Positions 38,232-51,060 of a DNA stretch of 64,000 bases are shown one piece after another; position 1 is the first letter of the stretch, and each line of letters opens with the position of its first letter. Under the pieces are notes generated by a model. The model did no database searches. It worked only from the letters and a program-made list of their open reading frames with translations, and was not told the origin of the DNA. The stretch comes from Guillardia theta CCMP2712 (Eukaryota; Protista; Cryptophyta), in contig NW_005434671.1 of NCBI RefSeq assembly GCF_000315625.1, positions 248,001-312,000 of the forward strand, written 5' to 3'. The position numbers and the translations under genes were made by a program.

Positions 38232-39713
38232 GCTTGATACAATTTTCGTGTAGCCTTGCCTTCAATCGAGCAGGTTGTTTGACTTCATACAGCAGAAGCA
38301 ATCTCAATCACTCGCAAAGAAGCTGCAAAGGACCTGCTCTTGTGCAGTGCCCTCTTGTCCCTCCCCCCTCCCTCCTCCCTCTCCAGCGTGCGATATGAAA
38401 CCAAGGCAACAAAGCCATTGCTTAGTTAGACTAAAGTAGATAAAAAACTAAAGACTAGTGGGTGGGGTGGGTGGGTGGACGGGACTTTATCATACGTGGT
38501 CGACGTGGGGATTTAGTAGGGGTACTGAATGATTTTCCTGTAGTAGTTGTGACAGGGCGGAAGAGGAGGTGGGGGTACCTCTTAGTTTGATGTTTTTCTT
38601 TCCAGGCGCAGTGCTCCTGACCGTGCCTGGATGGCAGATTTCCCTTCGTACGGTATGCTGTCTTCCTCTCTAGTTCGCTCCTTCGACCTTTCTCTCCCTC
38701 CCTCTCTCTCCCTCTCTCTTCCTCTCAGGCCCCTTCCTCGCCTCCTCCTTGCTTCCAATCTGAGACCTCAGTGTAAACAGGGAGTTTGTACCTGCCACCA
38801 TAGCGGTATTACATTCAACACCGTAGGGCCTCCGACTTCGCTCAGATGGAACTCTTTTGTCATCAGCCCTCGGAGGGTTTAATGCAGTAGCAATCAGGTC
38901 ATAGTCAGACATGAGAAGGTTGCCCAATAAGGTGTATTAGATGTTTCAAACGTCGGGAATGTATGATATGTTTCAGAAGCCCTGCATTTTCAAGTGTGCG
39001 TATCTTACTTCTCTCATCTCCTTTTTCTTTCATCTTCCTCGCTAGACAATCTCAAGAAAAACATTGCAGTCCATGGGGTTTTGTCTCAATCACTTCCATT
39101 CATCGTGAAGGCTGTCTGGTGCAGCCGTGCTCGACAGCTGTTCCAAAAGAAATTTATGATGGTTGACAATTCGGAATCAAGAAGAAGAGAGTAAGACACA
39201 GGTGGAGAACCGTCTGCATTGAAGCTGCAAAAGATGTATTGACATCAAGGTTGAGGTGATTCCAAGTCATTTGTCCCCAGGACAAAAGCAAAAATTCACA
39301 GCGCCAGGGCGTGTTGAATCTTATCTCAATTCCGATTTTATTCTTTTAGCATAGCAGCAGTCCGCAGATCAGACTACGTGCAACATAATGCATGTTCATC
39401 CATTGGAGCAAAAGAAATCTTCAATCCTACTAGTAAAGAATTTCTCCTGTGTTCCCTTGATTCTCAAACACCGAATCGGTCAAACAACACGATGAGCAAA
39501 GGCGACGTGCAAAGGACTGAATCAGACATAGCAGGATGAAAACAAAAAGATACGAGGAGAGTCAATGAAGAAATTATATCAAAAGCTACCACAACACATT
39601 GAACACATGTACAAAGTTGGCCCGGAGCAAAAACAATGTTTCATCACGGCAACAAAGGTCTTGAAACTTAGCAACATAACATCAAGGATGGACAGCTCCT
39701 CTCTTCACACTCT

Positions 39714-39783
39714 CTGACATGTTCACTGACATGTTCACTGACATGTTCACTGACATGTTCACTGACATGTTCACTGACATGTT
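39714..39783 (+). repeat. 12-bp minisatellite (CTGACATGTTCA) x ~5.8
   Basis: Perfect tandem copies; source of the spurious MFTD ORF. Confidence 0.97.
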
Positions 39784-40035
39784 TCTCGCCTCGGCTCCTC
39801 CTCTTCCTGCCTGTCGCCTCATAGTGTGGGGCGCAAGAGCTTCACGAGCGGCCCCCGAAACCCCTTATTTTCGACATTTCAATATCTTACTCAAAATTTT
39901 CAATATTACTTAATTTTGTGTAATATGATTTCGCAATTTCTTCAATATTATACTCTGTATTTTCAATTGTTCAACACTTGACCCCCCACTTTAACGTTAT
40001 CGATTCACAGACCACCCATCCTCAGGCAGGGGGCC

Positions 40036-42394
40036 ATGCTCGCATCGGCGCCGCTACGTCTCATCCTCCTCGGCGTCCTCTATGGACGGCTCGATGCCTT
40101 CCAACCAGCTGCATATGCTCCAGGACGTCTATCCTCCTTCTCCTCCCCCACCTCTAGCTTCTTCTCTTCCTTGAGGCCAAGATGTCTGCCGCCCGTAGCA
40201 TCCAAGCTCCCTCACAGGAGCTTCATCCCTGCGAGCGGGAGGAGGACAGAGACTTTCGGGCAGGGCGTTCACTGTGTGCTGTCGATGACGACCGACGATG
40301 CACAAGTTAGCGTGGCGGATAATTCTTACTTCAGTACCGTTGGGCTGATACCAGAGTTGTGTGCGGCGCTCGGCGATATGAACATCAACACGCCTACAGC
40401 CATTCAGAAAGAATCGTTGCCGCTCTCTCTTGCGGGAGAAAGCGTCTTGCTCTGTGCCGAGACGGGATCGGGAAAGTCCCTGGCGTTTCTTCTGCCACTT
40501 GTAAACCGCTTGAAAGTCGATGAGTTTGTCCTTGGCATTAACGCCAGGCCAAAACGTCCAAGAGCGGGTGAGAGATGTAACTAGTAGCTGTTGCATGCCT
40601 CTGATTCTGGTTGTTGCAGTCGTTATTGTCCCAACGAGAGAGCTTGGATCGCAGATCTTGGGAGTAGCTAAGGGTCTTTCAAAGCATGCCAAGTGAGTAG
40701 TCCTTCTCGACTTTCTGTTGCCCTTTCGCTTGTCCTCAGACCCTGCTCCCAACAGGTTCTCCAGCTTAGGCCTGCTGGGAGGAGCCTCTTCAGCCATGCA
40801 GGCAAAGCGCCTGGAACAGCCAGTCGATCTTGTGATTGCGACACCTGGTGGGCAACAGCTGAGGAGGTGGGAAGGGAGAGCTGAGCGAGTTGCTGCAGGG
40901 AGGCTGCTGGATCACATCAATGACAACCACCTCTCGTTGGGAGACGTCAGGTTCGTCGTGGCCGACGAGGCAGACACCATGGCTGCTCAGGTGCGAGAAA
41001 GTTGCGACCTGCGTGTGTGACGAGCTTCAAGGGTTTCGGCGAAGAGCTCAGGAAGATCTTCGAGGCCATCAGCGGGGCCAGCACAGCCGCACGGGAGGTG
41101 TGGGAGAGGAACTGAGAGCGGCGGTGGACTGATGCTCTTGGACAGAACTACGTTAAAAGTGAAGAATTGCGAGCAAAGCTGGAAGCAAAGCTTGCTGTCG
41201 AGTCCGATGTGGTGGTAAGCCATGGTTGCTCCGAGCGCTGCCTGATCCTTTGACGCTTCCTGTTAGGAGATTGAATCTATCAAGAATCAAGTGAAGAGCG
41301 ACGATGTCAGGGGGGCAGGGTTGCTGATTCTGCGATTGCAGATGAGTGTCAGACGGGGCCCCTTCCATCCCAAGGATCGCGGGATCGTTCAGTGTATGCT
41401 CGCTGCCGCCACGTTCCCGCATCCGTCAAGAACATTATCTCGTCCACTTTCCCTCGTTACAGAGAAGTGCAGACGAAATCAGCCCACAGAGTGAGAGCTC
41501 GAGTGAGGACAATCTCGGTTTGACCCCAAGGCAGGTCTCGGATAGGATCTTCCAGGAGTTTGTGTCTGTCTCGGCGGGAGACAGGGCGCAAACGCTCTTG
41601 GAGGTAAGAACAACCTTGCATCTTGTTGAAGACGGAAAGTTATCGTTTCTGCCCTGTTTGATGATACATGCAGGTACTCGACAGAGGGAGAAGAATGAAT
41701 ACACAGACTTGGGCAAAGTCCAGAGAGCTTGATGAGAAGACTCGAGACGCTACGATCATATTCTGTGAGACAATCAGGTTGCAGAATACAGCAATTGCGC
41801 GCTGATCCTGTGTCTTGCCAGGCAATACCAAAGATAGCGCGATGTTTGCAGCGAAGCTGCTCCGGGAGAACGACTATGACGTGGCAGAGGGCCATGGATG
41901 GGTCGCCCAGCATGAGAGGGTTGTACAGATCAAAGAGTTCATGTCCGGGGAGAAGAAGATTCTTGTTGCTACAGACATCATCGCAAGGGGCATCGACACC
42001 GTCCATGTCTCCCACGTCATCAACTTCGACTTCCCCTTGAACCCCGTGGACTATCTCCACAGGATCGGAAGGACAGGGAGAGGAGGAGGTAGCGCCGGCT
42101 CCGGATTCCCTCCTAGTTCCTGACGCTGTGCCAGGCACGGGACGTGTTACCAACCTCATCACGAAGAGGGACTACACCCTCGCTATGGCAATCGAGCGAG
42201 CGACGAAGTTGGGGCAGCCGATCGAGTCCTTGAGCTCGAGGAAGGCCGACTACGTGCAGGGAATGCCGGGGAAGCTCAAGACGGAGATCAAACGTGTCAA
42301 GACGACGAAGCAGGAAGGGACTGCGACGCTGGGGCGTGTGAGGACCACCGCTGCTCGGACGGAAGGGTTCGTTCGATCATGCAAAGACTTGTAG
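40036..42394 (+). CDS. Plastid-targeted DEAD-box RNA helicase, multi-exon
   Basis: Signal peptide ending LDA|FQP plus S/R-rich transit peptide; TPTAIQ, AETGSGKS, PTREL, ATPG|RL, DEAD, AAT (SAT variant), ATDIIARGID, HRIGRTGR. Confidence 0.92.
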
Positions 42395-42693
42395 CGAACT
42401 GACTGGCTGCTGCAGTGGGGCAAAGAGGAAACCGAAAGACACCACGGCCAAGTCTCTCAAGAGGATCCCTAAGCGCAAGAGACGCTCTTGAGGGCTGACT
42501 GGGCTTGTTGAGCGTTGTAATGCTGTAAAAGTTCTTTGGCAGTTTGTACAATAAATCCTTGACCGACTTGAGTGACCTTTGGGTATTGTCAAGATTGTAG
42601 CTGAAAGCATAGATCATGGTTCTCATCTCGATTCTTTTCCTTCTCCCCTCCCTGCTTCTCTTTCTCGTTCTTCCGAGCTCTTCGCCTCAGATC

Positions 42694-44316
42694 ATGTCGT
42701 TACCTCCTGTGAGCTCGTCAAGGGAGCAGGACTGGGTGAGCACTTCGCAAGACTAGAATCTGCACTGGCAACAAGTAAGGGGGAGGGTGGGGACATGGCT
42801 CTCTTTACTATGCCTCTCACATATAAAAAGTGGTATGTTGGAGCTCGACGGAGGGGAAAGTAAAAAGTCAGTTTTTACTTTGAAAGCGCTGCGATGGCGA
42901 CGTCTGGTGGAGGAAGGGACGGGGGAGAGAGAGGGAAGGAGGTTTACAGCGAGTGAGGACGAACGCCGAGGAGACGACAAGAGCAAGGGATGGCGATGGG
43001 AGAAAGGCAAAGTTAGGGGAGAGGAGAGGAGGAGATGAGTCTGAGGTGAAGGGACTGAGAAATCAGCCTGAGAAGCATGTCCTTCGGACGCTTCTACGAC
43101 GACTTGTTCGAGCTGCAGCTGACCCTGACTCGAGCTGAGGAGATGATGAGTCAAAGAGCCATGGAGGAATTGTTCGTTGATATCTGCGCGCAATGCTTCT
43201 ACTTCTCAAGGGCGGTATCCGATCACTTTCTCTGGGTAGAACTCGAAGACTGCCTCTGCTCGGCAGAGATCGTGAGGTGAGTAAGAACATGAACGCTGTG
43301 TGCGCTGCTGTGAAAGTTTTGACTGTTGTGTGCAAGGGGGTATGTCCTAAGATTTCCACGGAAAGAATCGAAGCAAGAGGCGCTGAGCTTCTTGTTGGTC
43401 AACTACGACCAAGTACAAGCGAATATGATGTCGGATGGCTATGATTGTAAATTATTGCGATGCTTCTTGAAGGATATGAGAAGGTGAATAGATCATTGTT
43501 TTAAGTGATGTCGTGACCAGTTCTGATTCCTTGTGCTCAGGGCCCTCCTACTTCCAGGGATGAAGCCTGAACACGATTATTATCATGGCAATTTCCCAAC
43601 AACTGCCAAGACTTCATCTCTAATCCTGCCATCTTGGGATATGGTCACGACTTGGGAAAGACCACCGTCTAGCTCGGCACCAGCAGAGCTGAACGTGCGG
43701 TAAGTGTTAGAAAGCTGTTGCACTGCGTCAAATCAAAACTCACCTGACTACTGTTGCCACTAGCTTTACGGACAACAATCTGAACATGACTCCGACAGCA
43801 AGCAAGAGGTTGCACTATGACGTTACAATGTCGCCAAACGATCACTCTGCGAAGTTGAGCCCGAAGAGAGACAACAAGTGATTTGATCTTCGAACTCTTC
43901 ATGCAATACCCCTCACTGTCCTTGAGCAGCACTTTGATAGATCAGATCTCACTGAGCGAGTCCAGTGAGGTCGACTTGACTATCAGCTCTGTTCCGAGCA
44001 GCGCAGAGAGGGACTCGGGGAACACGTTTCCTGGTGGATCATCACAGGTCAGCTTGCGCAAGTTGTGATGCTGCGTTCATCAAACTTTCAACTTCATGTG
44101 CAGCTGTTGAGACTGATCAAATCACTGCAGAGCGCGAGCGAGAGAAATAGCTCTGAGCCAGATCGCACCGAGACATTGGTGAGATACATCTCGTTCTCAC
44201 AGGTCGGCAGACAGGAGATGGACGCAGCGGCACTCAAGCCTGCACAGCTGCTGGGCACGGTGGCGGAGATGCAGACTTCGATGAAGCATACTGCTTGCCC
44301 GTACGAGTTGATGTAG
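42694..44316 (+). CDS. Hypothetical multi-exon protein
   Basis: Protein-like + strand segments (43077-43277, 43540-43700, 43860-44047, 44104-44316) bounded by GT..AG; start uncertain; no family. Confidence 0.45.
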
Positions 44317-46649
44317 CCTCGCACTTACCAGTGTAGTACTAATCAGTGAAGTTGCCACTGAATCCGACCGAATCATTCAATGCCACTGCCGTGACGGTAC
44401 CGTACCGGGCACCGTAGTGTCACGGTCAGTACGGAGTACGGTACTGAGACGGTGAACACCGTTTACGGTCGGTTCCGAGACTCCCGCCGGCAGACGGTGA
44501 GGCAGCAAGTACGGGCCGGCGGCAAGTCCGTCTGACGCGCTCAGCCGCTGACTCAAAGCCGCTATGACCCGGACCGTACTGCCAGTCGGACTACGGCCTG
44601 GCCCGGCTGCCCCGGCCCGGTGAGTCCCGAGGGCCGCCAGGGCGGGGCGAGCGCTCCACACAAGGAATGAACCCCTCCTTTTCCCACAATCAGGACTAGC
44701 AGGACCGGTGGGTCAGGGAGTCTCAAACAAGGACACGTGCGTGAATCACCACCCCTCCATGCAGAATTGCACCCCCATGATCACCCTACCCCTGTTCTTC
44801 CTCAGATTGCCCAAACCCGTCCAAACTTTGTTCCACCAGTCACCAACTGGGAAGAAGCATCGAACATTCAGGGTGGGGTACCTCACCCTACCCCTTATCA
44901 GCCATACACTGTCATGAATCCCCTTGCACCTCTAACTGTATTGTACCCCTCTACATCCATTGTAAAGGACCCGTCCTCAATGAGACCCCCTACCCCTCCG
45001 AGCCAAGTACCCGAATGCCCCGCCAGACGATCGAATGGGTCCATTCAAATAAAACCGGTCCTTGACCAGGAAAAGGAGGGGTGGTATTCCTTGAAGGCCT
45101 CGTGAGGCAGAAGTTATAGGTAGGGTCAAGGGTAGGGTGGCTGACGGTGGCACTTGGAGGCTAGTTTGCAAGTCCTCCAGAATGTGGGGTGGGGTTCAAG
45201 TTCAGAGAGTGATCAAAATTCAGTCTAGACATATTAAGGTATTCATCGATTAAAGCTATAAGTCAATTCGCTATAGTATGTCCTTAGCTCTGGAAAGACT
45301 GCCATCGAACGCTCGGGTTCCTTGGAGTACGGGTACTAGAAACTCTGGAAGGTGGCACCCATCATCGGGGGAATCGAACACTGATATAATGAGAGGTGGG
45401 TGGTAGTTTGAAAAGTGGGGACACCAAATGACATGGGTGTTCATGGAAGGGGTATTGACAAGGGGGTCCTGCTTGAGGAGAAAGTACCGGGGTCCCACAC
45501 TCATGCTACAGGAATTCTTTATAGGTAGGGTACTTATATGGGGGTAGTAGCAGAACCATGTTCGGTAAGCAAGTCCTGCCAACCGGGTCAAACGGAGGTG
45601 AAGGGTAGGGGTAGGACCAGGATATTTAAGTGGGTACCCAATTCGAAGGATGTTCGGAGGTCATCCATGGAGGGTTCTTTTCTTAATGCTACCATAATAA
45701 AAAGTGACATAGGTCCTACCCTTGTGAAGTCACCATCACCTTGGGATCTACATGAAACTGAGGGTGGAGAATACCACCGGTCATACGCCATTTGAATTCA
45801 AACCATGAGGGAGATAGGGGTCTGCTAGGTCTCAGGCAATGATTGATTGGGCAATCCATTTTTAGTAGTATACTGTTTCCGAATGGGTAGGGTATTATGA
45901 ATTTGGGGTGGTAGGATGTAGGGGTGGGTTTGAGTGGGTACTTTCGTTGCTCTTCTGAGGGGTACCTATAGTGGGAATATGACTAATGTTGTTGAAAGGG
46001 GGTATGCACTCTAAAGAAGTCACTGAGGGTAGGTGGGGGTAGAAGGTATGGGGACGCCTGGGGTAGGGTAATGAATTTGTCAGAGTGTTCTAGGGTAGGG
46101 GGTAGAACCAAGGGCAGGAGAAAGGGTAGGGGGTTCTAGGGGGTGGAAAAGAGTCTGCCGCGCGACTGGAGATGCAGTAGTGGCATGTGCCAAGGCTGGG
46201 AGGACAAAGTTAGAGGATGGAGAAGATGTACTGACATAGATAGTGGATAGAACGAGATGTTGTCTTGCTCCGAACCTTCATTGCAGATAGTTTTGTGAAC
46301 CCAGAGAGATTTTATCACTTTTCTTCATGGATTCAGTGAAATGTCTCGTGTTCATTTCGTAGCTCAACAGCGGGGTTTGATTACTCCATTTTTGCTCAAA
46401 GTTTGTACACGAGACAGCTACCTGATCCAAGACGGAAATCATGTGTTTAGTTCTACCTATGATAGGAATGTTGTTGAAGACTTTTGGTCTGTTTCGAAAC
46501 TACGGTTTTCTTGGTTTACTTGTTGTCATATTCCAGTTTTCTATTCTTAGAAGCATTTATTCATGATTCACACTGCAAGATGATAACATATTTGTGATTT
46601 GAAATGCTAAGTGCGAATACTGCATGCTGATACTTTCAACAGTTAAACT

Positions 46650-48316
46650 ATGACGAGCACGGAGTCATTTTTCGACGGTCCTTTCGAAGTCGAGAGCGAC
46701 AAGGTCAACTACACTGATGAGGCTATCTTTGCCACCTACTCCTACCAGACCACAATGGTAGAGAACCGAAATGGGAAGACGGTTGTCATGCCTCAGACAC
46801 AAAACTTCGAATTCAAGACGGATCGCCAGGTCCCAAGGGTGGGAGCAATGTTTGTCGGATGGGGAGGAAACAACGGCACCACGGTCACGGCAAGTATAAT
46901 TGCAAACCGCCATGGCATCGTATGGAACAAGAAGGAAGGAGAAGTCCGCTCGAACTACTTCGGCTCTCTCACTCAGTCCTCGACCATCCGGATCGGCAAC
47001 AACGAGTGCGGAGACAACGTTTACATTCCCTTCAAGAACCTTCTGCCTATGGTCAATCCCAACGATCTGGTCATTGGAGGTTGGGACATCTGCAGCACCC
47101 CCCTTGGAGACGCCATGAAGAACGCCAAGGTTCTTGACTATGACCTGCAGCGCCAGGTTTACGACGAGATGCAAAAGCTGAGACCACTTCCGTCGGTTTA
47201 CTTCCCAGACTTTATTGCCGCAAACCAGGCAGGGAGAGCTACCAATGTCCTGAAGGGAAGCAAGCAAGAGCAGCTTGACCAGATCAGGAAGGATATTCGT
47301 GATTTCAAGTCTGCCAACAATTTGGACAAAGTGATTGTCCTGTGGACTGCCAATACAGAGAGATTTGCTGAGGTGAGGCTTTGAATGTTAGGTTTCATTT
47401 ATCCTCTGACGCGCAATCAAGATCCAAACAGGCGTGAACGACACTGCAGAGAACCTCCTTGCTGCAGTTCAGCGTGGCGAGTCAGAAATCTCTCCTTCCA
47501 CCGTCTTCGCGATTGCCAGTATCCTGGAAGGCGCTTCCTACATCAATGGCTCTCCTCAGAACACCTTTGTAAGTGTCCCTAGACTGCTGTACTTCGCCCT
47601 TCCTGACGTGAACTTGTCTCAAGGTTCCTGGAGTCCTCGAGCTTGCTGAGGAGAAGCAGGTGTTCATCGGCGGAGATGACTTCAAGTCCGGACAGACCAA
47701 GGTCAAGTCTGTCCTTGTCGATTTCTTGATCAGCGCTGGCATCAAGGTGAAATCCATCGTCTCTTACAATCATCTCGGAAACAACGATGGGAGAAACTTG
47801 TCTCAACCCGAGATGTTCCGCTCCAAGGAAATCTCCAAGTCCAATGTGGTCGACGACATGGTTGCCTCAAACAACATTTTGTACGAACCAGGAGAGCACC
47901 CCGATCACGTTGTGGTCATCAAGTACGTCCCCAACGTTGGAGATAGCAAGCGTGCGATGGACGAGTATGTTTCCGAGATCTTCATGGGAGGAACCAACAC
48001 CATTGTGATGCACAACACGTGCGAAGACTCGTTGCTTGCCGCTCCTATCATCATTGACCTTGTTCTCTTGTGCGAGTTATTCGAGAGAGTACAGCTCAAG
48101 CGGGAGGGAGCGAAGGAATATGAACGCTTCCATCCGGTCTTGTCGGTGCTTAGCTTCCTTCTGAAGGCTCCTTTGGTCCCACCTGGAACTCCAGTTGTCA
48201 ACGCGCTCTTCACCCAGAGGCAATGCATGGTGAACATCATGAGGGCTTGTTTGGGTCTTGCTCCCGAGAACAATATGCTCCTTGAGCACAAACTTAACCG
48301 CAACTGCAGCATGTAG
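46650..48316 (+). CDS. INO1: myo-inositol-1-phosphate synthase
   Basis: [56 protein letters not shown]; introns ~47373-47431 and ~47569-47623. Confidence 0.98.
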
Positions 48317-48513
48317 ACGTGCGAAGCTTCCTAGGTAGCAAGACAGAGACAGACAGGATCAAAAGTCTCTCGCTCTTGCATCCTTGTGTTTTACCTTAAA
48401 CTAGAGAACCAACCTTTAATGAAAGCCACAAATACAATCTTACAAGAGTGTTGCATGTCACACCCTTAGCAAGGCTGGTATCTCTGTGTTGCTGCTTCTG
48501 AGTTTACAAAATC

Positions 48514-51060
48514 TTACACCATCACGATGGATTTGGTCATATCCTGTTAAGTCGTCAACATCATCATTTACAACAAACAGCATCTGACCTGAGGGTTGCT
48601 GAGCCCGTGGTTCGTGAACGTCTTGGAAGCCGAGGATTCACCGATCTCAGTCAGCCTGTAGAGTGACAGCAAACTTCATGGATAGGAAACGCGCAAGCAA
48701 AGTCATCACCTGCCAACGAAGGGCCCATCCTCGTCCTCCGGGAACGCGAAGAAGTCGGCGATGAGTCTTGGGGCCTGTTACGAGGAGGAAGCGTCAAAAG
48801 AACGGGAGACGATTTATGCCCTGACCTGCTCCAAGGAGGAGATGTAGAAGTCTGGATCGAGAACCTACGCTCCAGTCACTTTGTTCTCCTGGCATTGCCT
48901 CCTCACACCGTGTCTCGTGCCCTTGTCACGACTGTGTCGGCTTCTGGTATCGGTCCGAGCTGTGAGACATGTCAAAGTTGGACGGATGCACCCAAGTGAA
49001 GGACCTTGGAGACGTCCATTTCAGGATTCTTCATCTTGTATTCTGCTGCTGTCTGTGTATATTCTGCACGAAAGACGGTTCTGTTCTGGACGTCAAGGCG
49101 ACAGCCGGGATGTCGTCGAGGAAACAAAAATTACCCCGGGGCAACGCAATAGTCCTTGAGGTAGGTCATGAGATAAGGTGGTTTCGCTCCTGATGAGAGA
49201 GGTCAGAGACTTGGAGAGGACTCAAAGGGGACATCGTAGGCAAGTGCTTCTGACGGAGATGGATGTTGAAAACATCAGGTAGATCAGAGTTGAGCCGTGA
49301 TGCGTCCAGCAAGTATCAAAGGATCAAAGGGGAGGAGATAGGAAATATCAAGGGGAGGAAATGGGTTGAACTCATTGCGGATGGAAGCAGAACGAGTAGA
49401 TGCAAAGGGTGCATGGGACCTGTGTTGATGGTCTTGGAGAGATCGAGTTGACCGTCCTCCAGTTTCACAGAGCCGATGAAGAGATCAAGATCGCTCGGCT
49501 TCTGCTGTACCAGTCACATTGCATGCCATTGACTTTCGCTTCCAACCTCAGGGCAGCGTCTCGGTGGATTGTACTTGCGCGGACAAGGGATAGGCTTTCT
49601 GAGCATCCGGTCTGACAGTGGCAGCATGTATCAGCATCACACGATAGTTGTTCCAAGGCAGCGACACCTGGAACGACGCTCGAACCGTCAATGCGCACTT
49701 CCTTGGAGTAGTGAGAGCTCCCGGGGATCTGCTTGGACAAGCCGACGTCGCTGACGATGCTAAGCTTCGTTTCTACATTCCCAGGATTGAAGACGGCACT
49801 GAAGAACCTTCCTTGCCAAGTCAACCAACAGGTCGTACCGCAGAGGAGACCGTACCTTGCATCCGCATCATCGTCCAGAGTCTGCAAGTGCATCTGCGCC
49901 TGCATCTTGTTCCACACCTTCAACCTGAACGACTCGACGGAGTCCGCTATCCTGCACTTGATAGGAACCTTTTCTCCATGCAGATCATTGACAAACACCG
50001 TGATGGTCTGCAGGAGATGGAGTGATTCAGCCTCCACAGTGCTTTCCCATCATATGGCTCTGAGTTTACCTCGTAAGGGGTGGGCTGTGGCCTCTGACCA
50101 GGCCAGCTCTTCTTGTTCAAGGTGAACCGATCAGTCTTGTACGGCCCGAAATCGATAGGAGAGTTCTCTTCCTGGAAGCAACATACCTCAGATAGGGTTG
50201 GGGAACAGTAACAGATCACAAGCAATTCCAGATACAAACTTATTTTCCCGTCCTCTCCTCTCCCACCAACCAAATTTCCCAGGCCAAGTTCCCGACCACA
50301 CACTGAATAACAATCTTTGACCCACCTGCTTGACCCCGAAGCAAGGCAGGACTTCATCCACCTGCCGCTCCTTCTCCCAGGAGTCGCTGGTTCCTCTCTC
50401 GGTCTTCTCGTACTCTACGGATCCGAGCAGCCATGACAGACTCTGAACAGGCTCATAATCCACCGCCGGTGGCCCCGGTGCATTGCGAACCATCCCAAGC
50501 GTCGTCCGGGACCCTCGTCCCCGCACATACATTGTCTTGGACGGGCCCGCACCGATAAAGAACACAGCTCGCCTCATCAGAGACAGGTTTGACCGTTGAC
50601 CAAAATGAAACCGGCAGACAGACCACAACAATCCGAAGAGGTGCAAAATGAGTAGAGCAACTTCGCAACGTTTGGCATTGTTGCCCGTCAAAACTAGAAA
50701 GGGTCCCCAAACTTTAGACCGCATCGTTTGGGATTGTTGCGCTTTCGACATGCCGTGCGTCGGTTCGGAAACGGCAGGAGCAATGGAGGTCCGTCGGGGT
50801 ATTTCTTGAGGTAATGCTGGAGGTAGTCCTTGGTTGCTGTCCTCCTCCTCTCGGCAATGCCGACGGGCATCTCCTCAATCACGTTACTGTTGGTCCGACG
50901 GGGCAACAATTCCAATCGTTGTGATTCATCAAATCCTGGATTGAGCCTCCTGTAAAGCTTTTCAAGATTTACGAGGGGATTTGAAGATTGCTCCCCAGAA
51001 CCGTGAACTTCCGTGTCAAGTCCGACACAACAATCCCAGGCGTTGCTTCTTTGCAAGAAA
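48514..51060 (-). CDS. Hypothetical many-exon protein with a ubiquitin-like domain
   Basis: ITVFVNDLHGEKVPIKCRIADSVESFRLKVWNK..WLTWQG resembles a ubiquitin fold; chain of short GT-AG-bounded exons (QKPSDLDLFIGSVKLEDG; APRLIADFFAFPEDEDG; DMTKSIVMV*). 5' end uncertain. Confidence 0.55.

Noticed and set aside
38631-39194. Possible small spliced gene starting MADFPSYG
   Set aside because: Could not assemble a consistent reading frame across the candidate introns.
39719-39913. MFTD-repeat ORF
   Set aside because: Translation of a 12-bp minisatellite.
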